A DNA stretch of 64,000 nt. Source: an uncultured Bacteroidia bacterium. GTDB taxonomy: Bacteria; CAIWAD01; BS150m-G50. The notes beneath the pieces are model-generated. The model worked only from the letters and a program-made list of their open reading frames with translations, was not told the DNA's origin and did not search any database. Both the position numbers and the translations under genes were made by a program. Below, piece by piece: positions 27,758 to 36,790 of the stretch; positions within the stretch are counted from its first letter, which is position 1; each line of letters starts with the position of its first letter. The stretch lies in NCBI GenBank assembly GCA_964501185.1, contig CAZCRT010000003.1:24752-88751 (forward strand), written 5' to 3'.

Positions 27758-28930
27758 TCATTTTAGAAAAGTAGCCAGCTCTGTGAGAGGTGTGGCACAG
27801 CATTTCTCGTATGAGTAGCTTTCCCTGTATACCCTGCGTGCTCTTGCCTTCATTTCCTGAAAGGCTTTCGGGTCCATACTGAGAAGCCTTAACAATGCCT
27901 CCGCCAGTGCGTTGACACTGTCATCCGCAGCACAGGCGCCTATTTCGTTCTGACCGATAACTTCCTGCAGCGAAGCATTTGCTGATCCCAGCAGAGCTAA
28001 TCCATAAGCCATGAATTCATAGAGTTTTGTCGGAGCACAGTACTTCTGGTTCAGTGTCGGTTCCACACTGAATGCGTAATCGATCACTCCGATGTCCGCT
28101 TCCGCAATTGCCGGCATGAGTTCCTGACGTGATACAGCGGTACGAATACAGAAAGAGCCTGCTTTCAGGTTAGCAGCGGCATACTGAGCCAGACGAACAA
28201 CATCCGCCTCCCGTGCATTGCAGAACGCCAGCAGGAACAGCTCTTCACCTGACTGTGCTACAGCGTCTATAATTCTTTCCAGAGGTTTTTCCTTACCAAT
28301 TCCACCGGCGTGGAGCAGAACAGGAACACCTCCTGGAAGAGTTGTTTCCGCCAGTTTTGCAAGTGTACCTTTCGGAGCAGCCTTCACAACGCTGGTTTCT
28401 GGTATCGTATTCAGAAGCACCAGTGGCTCGTGTGACAAACCCGCTTTTTCTTGACGAACAGCTGCACGCCCCGGCTCAACATCTATCACCAGGTCTGGAA
28501 TCCTGGCGTAACGATTGTAAATGTGAGCATAATTATTGTCAGGATAATCCTCGAGCAGCTGAAGCTCCTGGCAAAACTGGATGAGGTTCAGCCCCGGTTT
28601 CAGCTTCTTCACCCGGGCTGCAACACTCAGGAAAGTTGACTCCGTAACCAGCAGATTAGATGACAGGAGTGCGCGAAATCCTACCTGAAGCTTGAAGTTC
28701 AGCCCTGTAATCTTGCGCCAGAGAGTATTACCGGATTTGCTGTAGGGAAAAACCCTGATCCTCCAGGGAAGGCTGCGGTAGCGGGCGGCTTCCTGTATCT
28801 CACATCGCACCATCAGTTCCACACTTACGCCCCGTTCGACCAGACCCTCTATCAGGTAACGGGTTCCTGCATACGCGCGCAGAAATGAAGTTCCCGGCAC
28901 GATCAGACAGTGCTTGCTGTTTTCTTTCAT
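27758..28930 (-). CDS. glycosyltransferase family 4 (GT-B)
   Basis: C-terminal ...AEADIGVIDYAFSVEPTLNQKYCAPTKLYEFMAYGLALLGS... (the EX7E-like region of GT4 enzymes). Confidence 0.75.
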   Translation of the reverse strand: MKENSKHCLIVPGTSFLRAYAGTRYLIEGLVERGVSVELMVRCEIQEAARYRSLPWRIRVFPYSKSGNTLWRKITGLNFKLQVGFRALLSSNLLVTESTFLSVAARVKKLKPGLNLIQFCQELQLLEDYPDNNYAHIYNRYARIPDLVIDVEPGRAAVRQEKAGLSHEPLVLLNTIPETSVVKAAPKGTLAKLAETTLPGGVPVLLHAGGIGKEKPLERIIDAVAQSGEELFLLAFCNAREADVVRLAQYAAANLKAGSFCIRTAVSRQELMPAIAEADIGVIDYAFSVEPTLNQKYCAPTKLYEFMAYGLALLGSANASLQEVIGQNEIGACAADDSVNALAEALLRLLSMDPKAFQEMKARARRVYRESYSYEKCCATPLTELATFLK

Positions 28931-30492
28931 AACGGCAGTTGCTGTTTTTTGAAAGGAGATCGTTTGAGCAGTTCCTTCAGTCGCTCACCCAGAAGTATCC
29001 GCTCACTACCGGCAAGTCCCAGCCCCCAGCTATAAAGCACCCAGGCGGCTGCCATGGTCAAGCCATACAGCATTATCTGCCACAAACTGTCCAGTGGCAT
29101 AAGCCCTTTGAGTAGCACTCCGGTCAACACCAGGCTCGATAACACCAGTAACGGCCGCAGGTATGCCTGACGAGTATAATTCCGGAAAGTCAACTGGCAG
29201 ACGCGAGCCGTATAAAGCGCCATCAGGGGGCGGTGCAGAGCGGTAATGGTAATGGTTGCCAGCAGGACTCCCGGGATCCCCAGAGAAGTATACCCGACGA
29301 AATAGATGGAAAGCAGGAGGTTGATAACGGCTGCCGCAATCAGCGAGAACACCATGACTTTCAGTTTCTTCATGCCCAGCAGCACCCCCCACTGCACGCC
29401 ACCCAGGTACAACAGGAAATCTATCATTGCCCAGCCCTTCATGATCAAAGCTGCTATCTTGTAGTCCTCTCCAAGGCCGGCGGCAAGCCAGACACGGCAG
29501 AAATCATCCGCTATCAGAAAAGTGGTCGTACTCACCAGTGCACCTGTCAGCAGTGTGAAGCGAGTGCCATGAATAAGCAGTTGCTGCATCTTCTGCATAT
29601 TGTTTTCAACATGCTGCCTGGTCGTAAGTGGGTGCAGTTGATTAGAGAGCATTGTCACCAGCGGACGGGTCATCTGCGATATACGTAATCCAGGGTTGTA
29701 GGCTGCTACCCCGAGTGGCCCGAAGAATCTTGATATCACCAGAGGGTCTGAACGGTCCGCCAGCGCATTCGCCAGCTGCACCATGTACATGTATCCACCC
29801 AGTTTGAACAGAGCGCGGGACCTGCTCCTGCTGGCAAGACTCCATTTTATCTGCAGGTTTGGACGCTCGCGCCAGGCAGCTCTGATCAGCAGAATCAACT
29901 GCGCGATGTAGAACCCTATCATCACAATCACCCAGCCCCCCAGCTGTGCATCGGAGAAGCTCAAGACCAGCAGAAGCCCCGCACTACTGAGTAGACTGGC
30001 GATGATGGTGATAGTGTTATAAGTGTCGTAGCGATGACAACCGGTCAGGATGGAACTGAACACAGGAACCATGAATCCCAGAATTGCAGCTGTACAGCCG
30101 TAAAATCTGAACAGCAGGATGGTTTCTGCCTGCAGATAGTGCGGTACTTTCATGAACAGGACCAGTGGCTCAGCGCTGATAAAACAGAGGACACTGACCA
30201 TGCTCCCTATCAACAGATACAGAAAGAAGGCGGTAGAGGCCAGTTCGCTGAAACCCTGCTCATCGTCACGGGCAACCATTTCCGCCAGTTCACGACTCAG
30301 CGCCTGCCGCAGCCCCAGGTCAGCCAGCTGCGTCAGACTCATCAGGACACCGAACAGCGCGATGATACCATAACCATCACGGCCCAGCTGAGCCAGCAGA
30401 AAGGGAACCATGATCAGTGCGACCACAGCCCTCAGTACAACTGCCACCCAGCCGGTGAAAACATTGCTTATTATCCTACGGGTATCGCTCAT
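28927..30492 (-). CDS. oligosaccharide flippase (Wzx; MOP superfamily polysaccharide biosynthesis protein)
   Basis: 521 aa, ~12-14 TM helices, typical Wzx length and topology. 4-nt overlap with the downstream GT4 gene. Confidence 0.75.
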   Translation of the reverse strand: MSDTRRIISNVFTGWVAVVLRAVVALIMVPFLLAQLGRDGYGIIALFGVLMSLTQLADLGLRQALSRELAEMVARDDEQGFSELASTAFFLYLLIGSMVSVLCFISAEPLVLFMKVPHYLQAETILLFRFYGCTAAILGFMVPVFSSILTGCHRYDTYNTITIIASLLSSAGLLLVLSFSDAQLGGWVIVMIGFYIAQLILLIRAAWRERPNLQIKWSLASRSRSRALFKLGGYMYMVQLANALADRSDPLVISRFFGPLGVAAYNPGLRISQMTRPLVTMLSNQLHPLTTRQHVENNMQKMQQLLIHGTRFTLLTGALVSTTTFLIADDFCRVWLAAGLGEDYKIAALIMKGWAMIDFLLYLGGVQWGVLLGMKKLKVMVFSLIAAAVINLLLSIYFVGYTSLGIPGVLLATITITALHRPLMALYTARVCQLTFRNYTRQAYLRPLLVLSSLVLTGVLLKGLMPLDSLWQIMLYGLTMAAAWVLYSWGLGLAGSERILLGERLKELLKRSPFKKQQLPL

Positions 30493-30522
30493 CTCCGCCC
30501 GCTGTTGAGTTCCTTCTTCAGA

Positions 30523-31767
30523 CTAACCTGACAACATGCTTCTAAAATCTTCCGCCATTCTGGCTCGCTGGATTTCCGCATGATGCATCTCGGTTTTACC
30601 GGTTTCATCCAGGTTGCTCTCAATTCTGTCAAAAAGGCTGCATAGCAGATCAGCGCTCAGTTCCGGTTCATTCACGCAGTGATCTGAAAGCTGATACTGC
30701 GCCATGAAGTCGTTGGTTTTCTGATGGTACGAGATTGCCAGTACCGGTGTACCGGTCACCAGAGAGAATATTATTGAGTGCGTTTTATGCCCGATGAACA
30801 ACCGGCATCCCCGCACTTGCTGCAGATGATCTCTTGTGGGAATATCAGCTTCGAGCATCTCAACCTGCCCGGCCTGCCTGCTCATGGCAATGATACGCTG
30901 TATCACACCGCGATCATCCCCCTTCTGCCCTTTCAACTGCATAGGCAGGAACAGTACCCGATACCCCCTGGCTGTAACATGATCCAGCAGGCCACTCATG
31001 GCTGCAGTGTATGTTTCATGAGCTTCAGCATCGCGGAGAGATCCTGTATAGACAGAGATACCTACAACCGGCTGCCGCTGCGAAGGTGGGGTCCAGCTGC
31101 CCGCATCAGCTCCGAACACTGTTTCCTCGGTTTCATGGATACGTGACATTTCCACTCCAGCCTGTTCCAGTTCCGCAACTGATCCCTCGTCCCGTATGTA
31201 GATACTGTCAGCTTTCTGCATCAACCGGTTGATAAAGCGGGCATTTGCAGGATTCGAAAACTGCAGCTCTCCAATAGTCTGCGACCACAGTACGATCCTC
31301 TTCCCGAAGATTTCAGCTATGGCAAGATCGAAAAACAGCGGTGACACCCCCTCCCGGCTGAACCAGTTGGTAAAGTGATGCCCGCCGGTACTGATCACGA
31401 GATCGGAGGCTTTGACTGCTTTGAGATAACTGCTATTGCAGAAGCAGCTGAGAATCTTACTGACCAGGCTTCCGGAGTTTGTCTTGTTTAACGAGTAACG
31501 TGCAAGCGGGTAGGCTATCGAACGCATCAACCGTTGTTTAACATGCTGTAACAGCTGATTTCCTTCATATCTGTTCCAGCCCCATGGTACCAGCCTGACG
31601 TCCAGGTCGAAGTGTTCGAAATCACTCGCTGACCAGGCGGCGACACGTGAAGTAGCGATGGTTACCTGCTTTATGGCAGCGTTCTCTGTCAGCTGCTCCA
31701 GTATCACAGCCAGAACCGCGCGATCCCCTTTATTGTCTGCGAACTGGTTAATGATCAGGATGTTCAT
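30523..31767 (-). CDS. polysaccharide pyruvyl transferase family protein
   Basis: N-terminus MNILIINQFADNKGDRAVLAVI resembles the conserved PS_pyruv_trans start (I..G.....GN.GD.A.L). Confidence 0.6.
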   Translation of the reverse strand: MNILIINQFADNKGDRAVLAVILEQLTENAAIKQVTIATSRVAAWSASDFEHFDLDVRLVPWGWNRYEGNQLLQHVKQRLMRSIAYPLARYSLNKTNSGSLVSKILSCFCNSSYLKAVKASDLVISTGGHHFTNWFSREGVSPLFFDLAIAEIFGKRIVLWSQTIGELQFSNPANARFINRLMQKADSIYIRDEGSVAELEQAGVEMSRIHETEETVFGADAGSWTPPSQRQPVVGISVYTGSLRDAEAHETYTAAMSGLLDHVTARGYRVLFLPMQLKGQKGDDRGVIQRIIAMSRQAGQVEMLEADIPTRDHLQQVRGCRLFIGHKTHSIIFSLVTGTPVLAISYHQKTNDFMAQYQLSDHCVNEPELSADLLCSLFDRIESNLDETGKTEMHHAEIQRARMAEDFRSMLSG

Positions 31768-32713
31768 CCGGTAGCATCCTTATAGTCGTGGTGATACTTT
31801 TACGGGCTGGAGCTTCAACTGAGACAGCGGGATATCCACAGAGCGCACCGGCAACTATCTCATGGTAATCTGGAATATCAAACAACTCGCGTAATGCGGT
31901 ATCCTCCCCGGCAGTGTGTTGTGCCCAGCTCAGAAATGTCATACTCAGACCGTGAGCATGTGCAACCAGAGCCGCGCTTTGCATTCCCAGTGAAACATCG
32001 ACCACCGGCAGCATGCGTTCAGCGGGGTAGCTGTATCCACGCATATCAGCACAGAATACCATGAAGCCGGGAACATACTCGCTGATACCTGTGGCACCTT
32101 TGAACTGCTTCATACATTCTCGGGCGCCGGCTACAGTTTGTGCCACGTAAACAATTGCCGGTTGCCGATTGCAACTGGTTGGACTCCAGTTCATGGCTTC
32201 TACTATCTTTTCCAGAACATCTACAGGTACCGGTTGCTGTATGAAACTTCGTACCGAACGTCTTGTTCTGATGAACTGCTCCACCTGGTCCGCAGTCAGC
32301 TTCATCGACTCCTCTTCCGGACGGAATTGCTCAACCGCACCCTGCTCCTGTGCCTGCTCGTATTCCTCTTTCAGGGCAACAGCCCATTTATAAGTGGGGT
32401 CCTGAAGCGGTGCACTGCTGTAGTTCTCCATTTCGTCCAGTACGAGGCACAGTTCGCTGTAGTTAGCCCTGCCATGTTCCGGCTCCCAGTCCGGATGCAG
32501 CAATCCCTTTTCAAGAATATGTGCCACGCGTCTCAAGTCAAACAAACGTGCTTCCATGTCGCTGACAAATCCACCCTGTGATTTCTCCAGCTCTACCCGG
32601 TTGGCTCTGTTGATCATCTCCCGGTAACCGGCGGGTGCTGCAAAATGCCTGCGCAGGCGATGTTGCCACCTGACCGGCAGTCGTTTGCGAATCAGCCGGA
32701 GTATTCTTTTCAT
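31748..32713 (-). CDS. nitroreductase-family protein with ~150-aa N-terminal extension
   Basis: The C-terminal half ...RRSVRSFIQQPVPVDVLEKIVEAMNWSPTSCNRQP... is a nitroreductase/FMN motif. 20-nt overlap with the pyruvyl transferase start. Confidence 0.65.
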   Translation of the reverse strand: MKRILRLIRKRLPVRWQHRLRRHFAAPAGYREMINRANRVELEKSQGGFVSDMEARLFDLRRVAHILEKGLLHPDWEPEHGRANYSELCLVLDEMENYSSAPLQDPTYKWAVALKEEYEQAQEQGAVEQFRPEEESMKLTADQVEQFIRTRRSVRSFIQQPVPVDVLEKIVEAMNWSPTSCNRQPAIVYVAQTVAGARECMKQFKGATGISEYVPGFMVFCADMRGYSYPAERMLPVVDVSLGMQSAALVAHAHGLSMTFLSWAQHTAGEDTALRELFDIPDYHEIVAGALCGYPAVSVEAPARKSITTTIRMLPDEHPDH

Positions 32714-32746
32714 TTCAGTTACAGACCTCTATAAAGTAGCTGTTTT

Positions 32747-33883
32747 TTACCATGTCATGTTGGCGATGCAGTCAACGATGCGATTCGCAGCCTGACCATC
32801 ACCATAAGGATTGCGCACCTGCGACATGGTTCTGTAAACCTGTTCATCGGTCAGCAATTCGTTGACACCATCGATAATGCGTTGTGGATCTGTGCCCACC
32901 AGCCTGACAGAACCTGCCTCTACCGCTTCGGGACGCTCGGTTGTATCACGCATTACCAATACGGGCTTGCCAAGGCTGGGCGCCTCTTCCTGTACACCAC
33001 CGGAATCGGTCAGGACCAGGTATGATCTTTGCATCATGGCAACGAATGGGAGATAATCGAGCGGTTCGATCAGGTGTACATTATCATTTCCGCGGGCTCC
33101 CAGAATCCTGTGCACCGGTTCCCGCACTGTTGGATTCAGATGTACCGGATAAAGGAAATGAATATCGCGATGCTGCTCTGCAAGACTGGCGATCGCCTGA
33201 CAGATATTACTGAATCCCTGTCCGAAGCTCTCGCGACGGTGGCCTGTAATCAATACAACACGCTGATTGGATTCAATCACAGGGCGAAGAGATTCCGGTA
33301 GTTCATTTATCCAGTGTGCCTGCTCTTTCACCTTTTCGAGAGTTAACAGCAACGCGTCGATTACGGTGTTTCCAGTCACGACAATATTCTTATCGTCAAC
33401 ACTCTCATTCAGCAGGTTCTGACGATTAAGTCCGGTCGGGGCAAAATGGAGTGTTGTCAATTTCGAGGCAATCTGCCGGTTTCCTTCCTCCGGCCAGGGA
33501 GAGTAGAGGTTGCCTGTGCGCAGCCCTGCTTCGACATGCCCCACCGGAATTTTCTGATAAAAAGCTGCCAGGGCGCCGCAGAGAACCGTTGTTGTATCAC
33601 CCTGTACCAGTACCATATCAGGCTGGTAATCTTTCAGGTAACTGCTCAGCCCCTCCAGGGCACGCGCGGTCAAACCGGACAGATTCTGTCCCGGTTGCAT
33701 CAGATCGAGATCAATATCCGGTGTAATATCAAACACCTTCAGCATCTGGTCCAGCATCTCTCTATGCTGTGCTGTGATACAGACGTGACATTCAAAATCC
33801 GGATGGCTCCGAAGAGCATATATTACAGGCGCCAGTTTTATCGCTTCCGGTCTGGTGCCAAATATCACTGATATTTTCTTCAT
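32747..33883 (-). CDS. wecB: UDP-N-acetylglucosamine 2-epimerase (non-hydrolysing)
   Basis: [24 protein letters not shown]...[10 protein letters not shown]...[27 protein letters not shown] are WecB/MnaA signatures. Start at 33883; the ORF track extends to 33925. Confidence 0.9.
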   Translation of the reverse strand: MKKISVIFGTRPEAIKLAPVIYALRSHPDFECHVCITAQHREMLDQMLKVFDITPDIDLDLMQPGQNLSGLTARALEGLSSYLKDYQPDMVLVQGDTTTVLCGALAAFYQKIPVGHVEAGLRTGNLYSPWPEEGNRQIASKLTTLHFAPTGLNRQNLLNESVDDKNIVVTGNTVIDALLLTLEKVKEQAHWINELPESLRPVIESNQRVVLITGHRRESFGQGFSNICQAIASLAEQHRDIHFLYPVHLNPTVREPVHRILGARGNDNVHLIEPLDYLPFVAMMQRSYLVLTDSGGVQEEAPSLGKPVLVMRDTTERPEAVEAGSVRLVGTDPQRIIDGVNELLTDEQVYRTMSQVRNPYGDGQAANRIVDCIANMTW

Positions 33884-34099
33884 TGAATTCCAAAGGAGAA
33901 AGGGTGACCCGGGTTTCAGATACATCTATGGAGTCAGTGAAATCAGTTCAGCAGTCCACTGTTATTTGCTTCGAGTATAATAGTGACAGTGGCTGGAAAA
34001 GCAAAATAGAAAGCTGTTCGGTCATAATGGTCCAGCCTGTCGGGAAGTTATTGAAACGGCTTCTTCGATCCATGCAGCTGAATCCTGCTTCACAATTTC

Positions 34100-34140
34100 G
34101 CAAAATGCTGTCGTCTGGTGCGATTCAGTTGTATAATTGA
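34100..34140 (+). promoter_or_regulatory. putative promoter (-10 TATAAT at 34132-34137) for the wzy-like transcription unit
   Basis: Perfect TATAAT ~58 nt upstream of the ATG at 34195; the -35 is weak. Confidence 0.25.
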
Positions 34141-34194
34141 TATTCGCAAAATGGTTCCATTCAGACAACCAACCTAATTTCGGGCAAACGATTC

Positions 34195-35427
34195 ATGTGG
34201 ACTAAGTGGGCACAACGCATCACTCTGATTTATCTCTATACTCTGGTACTTCTGTTTACGCCGGTGAAGGAATGGATATACTCTACCTTCTCCTTTCGTT
34301 TGATGGGTGCTCATCTATACCCGCTTGATCTGTTTGTCTTCATCTTCGGTTTTCTTACGATTATCAAACTTCCAAAGATCCTGCGTACAGCTAACCCCCC
34401 CAGCAGATTGCTGCTGCAGCTGATTCTGCTGTACCTGGCTTTCAATCTCTTCGTTCTGGTCCCCTGGTCAATTATCGATGGTATCCGCCTGCCTACAGTA
34501 TTTCGCATTCTGTCACCCCGTCTGGCACTGGTCCAGATTCCATTTTTCTTCCTGTTGCTTCAGGAGGAGGCCTGGCGGGAGAAGCTTTTCGGACACATCA
34601 ATTTTCTTATCCTGGCTCTTTTTCTGCTCGCCCTGTTTCGACTGGCTACCGGGCAGATCGGACATACTTCTACGGGAGAGTTACGCCTTTTCTGGGGCGG
34701 TGTAGCGTTGGTATTCGGTTTTGGAGCCTCGCTGAATTTCTTCCGCAAACTCAATTATCCCAGTCGTCTGTTTGCAGCTGTTGCCAGCGTTTTCGGTATA
34801 ATTACCATCAATCATCGCTCCGGATACCTTGCTCTGTTTGTCGCCGTTATCTTCGGTCTGCTGTTCATCCGTAAGCGATTGAACTATCTGTTCATTTTTC
34901 TGTACTCCTCGGTAGCTCTCCTGATTATCCTCTACTTCACTGCTCCGGTTGTGTTTTTCGATATGCTTACTCGTCTGAGTCTGATCTCCGACCTTACAGA
35001 AGGCAACGCAGTCGATCGATTGCAACGGTGGCAATTGGCCTGGATGTACTTCAAGACCAACTGGCTGCTGGGATCAAAACTCTCGGGGCAGATGTACCTG
35101 ATGGCGCTGGAGCGCAGTTCACCACCGCATAATTTTCTACTGGAAGTCCTGACCCTGGAAGGGATTGTAGGTCTGTTCTTTTATCTGTTTATCCTTTTCA
35201 AAGGAATCACTCTCGGCTTCCGTAACAGTCTTTACAACAACACTTCTCTGTCGCTTTCAATTTCCTTGATATTCTATCTGACCTTCTGCCTGTTCAATAC
35301 GAATTTCCTGCATCCCAACAATGTGCTTTTCATGACACTACCGTTAGCAGCGATCATGACTATCAGCAATGTGCTGACAACGCAAGCAGCTGCTCAACCA
35401 GTAGATAACGATAATCTGAGTCAATGA
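34195..35427 (+). CDS. O-antigen polymerase/ligase family protein (Wzy-like)
   Basis: 410 aa, multi-TM, with a large periplasmic loop; ...PPHNFLLEVLTLEGIVGLFFYLF... is a Wzy_C-type motif. Confidence 0.7.
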   Translation: MWTKWAQRITLIYLYTLVLLFTPVKEWIYSTFSFRLMGAHLYPLDLFVFIFGFLTIIKLPKILRTANPPSRLLLQLILLYLAFNLFVLVPWSIIDGIRLPTVFRILSPRLALVQIPFFFLLLQEEAWREKLFGHINFLILALFLLALFRLATGQIGHTSTGELRLFWGGVALVFGFGASLNFFRKLNYPSRLFAAVASVFGIITINHRSGYLALFVAVIFGLLFIRKRLNYLFIFLYSSVALLIILYFTAPVVFFDMLTRLSLISDLTEGNAVDRLQRWQLAWMYFKTNWLLGSKLSGQMYLMALERSSPPHNFLLEVLTLEGIVGLFFYLFILFKGITLGFRNSLYNNTSLSLSISLIFYLTFCLFNTNFLHPNNVLFMTLPLAAIMTISNVLTTQAAAQPVDNDNLSQ

Positions 35428-36617
35428 TCAAAGTAGCCATAGTGGCACCCTATCCGGCTGCAGCAGTTTTACCTGAAGAGCGTATCAAGCGGCGTGTTCG
35501 TCACCTGTCCGGTAAGCAGCACCCTGCTCCCTGGGTGAATGCACTCTGCCGGGAACTTGGTATAAGGAAAGACGTTGAGCTGCGGGTGTTCGCACACAGC
35601 CGGGTAATCTCTCGCGTTCAGCATGCTGAGAAGGATGGCGTTTCATTTACTTTTATACCGAAATATGAACCTGGAAGAAGCGACCCTTACCACCTGCATC
35701 TGCCTGCGGTACTGCAGATACTACCGTTGATAAGACGCTTCAATCCTGATGTTGTGCATGGTTTTGGCACTGAAAGTGCTTACGGTTTACTGGCGGTCGC
35801 TCAGAAAAAACCTGCGGTTGTCTTTATCCAGGGGATCCAGGAGAAGCTCGCACCCTATTATGATATGCCCCGTATCAAAGTGGTTATACGGAAGATGATG
35901 GAACGATATGTTGTACGTAGAGTTGACAGCATAATTGCGGAGACCGGTTTTGCCAGGGAGTGGGCAGAAAGCGTTTCTCCCGAAGTGAACATCAGGGTTA
36001 TTCCCCACGCCTATACTGAGGCGTTTTTCTCCGCCCGTCCGGAATACTCACGTAAGCGTGTAATCTGTATCGGCGCTCTAAGCAGGGTCAAGGGCTGTGA
36101 CACAGTCCTGAAGGCTTTTGCACAATGTGCCAGGCAGGATCCGGAGTTCTTCAGTGACGCGGAACTTGTTTTTATTGGTGGTGGCCCACAGGAAGAGGCT
36201 CTGAGATCGCTGGCGAGGCGGGAGGGCCTAAATGAGCGGGTACTCTTCATGGGACGCACCCCCCACGCGCAGATGGTTCATGAACTGGAAAACGCCCGGT
36301 TGATGCTTATCGGTTCACGAATGGACACATCACCCAATGTAATCACAGAAGCTCACGCTGCTGCAGTTCCTGTAGTTGGCTCGAGAGCCGGGGGTATTCC
36401 CGATATGATAGACGATGGCTCTGACGGATTTCTATTCAATGTCGATGACCATAAGACTGCGGCTGACCGTTTGAGCAGTCTGCTGCGGGATCCTTCACTT
36501 TGCAAACAGCTGGGTATGGCCGGTCGTGAAAAAGTAAGGGTACTGAATAATCCGGAACGGATTGCGGGTGAGCATGTAAAATTGTATCACGAAATTCTCA
36601 GCAGCAAGCGAGGATAA
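35424..36617 (+). CDS. glycosyltransferase family 4
   Basis: ...LVFIGGGPQEEALRSLARREGLNERVLFMGRTPHAQMVHELENARLMLIGSRMDTSPNVITEAHAAAVPVVGSRAGGIPDMIDDGSDGFLF. 4-nt overlap with the wzy-like stop. Confidence 0.8.
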   Translation: MIKVAIVAPYPAAAVLPEERIKRRVRHLSGKQHPAPWVNALCRELGIRKDVELRVFAHSRVISRVQHAEKDGVSFTFIPKYEPGRSDPYHLHLPAVLQILPLIRRFNPDVVHGFGTESAYGLLAVAQKKPAVVFIQGIQEKLAPYYDMPRIKVVIRKMMERYVVRRVDSIIAETGFAREWAESVSPEVNIRVIPHAYTEAFFSARPEYSRKRVICIGALSRVKGCDTVLKAFAQCARQDPEFFSDAELVFIGGGPQEEALRSLARREGLNERVLFMGRTPHAQMVHELENARLMLIGSRMDTSPNVITEAHAAAVPVVGSRAGGIPDMIDDGSDGFLFNVDDHKTAADRLSSLLRDPSLCKQLGMAGREKVRVLNNPERIAGEHVKLYHEILSSKRG

Positions 36618-36790
36618 TTGAGTTCATCGCCAGGAAAAGAACTTCGGTAATCTGATGTGATTCACCTCTCTCTTTCGCTTCTTGTATATCGCCGGATGAA
36701 TTCAAACAGACTCTAACCAGGGGGGTTATCATCAAGCAGGTCGTTTTTAAATCAGGCAAAGCTCTGTGTATTGAAACTGAGGCTCCTCAG

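Noticed and set aside
33883-34140. 85-aa ORF in the wecB/wzy divergent spacer
   Set aside because: No SD, it overlaps a predicted promoter (-10 at 34132), and its composition is unlike neighbouring genes.
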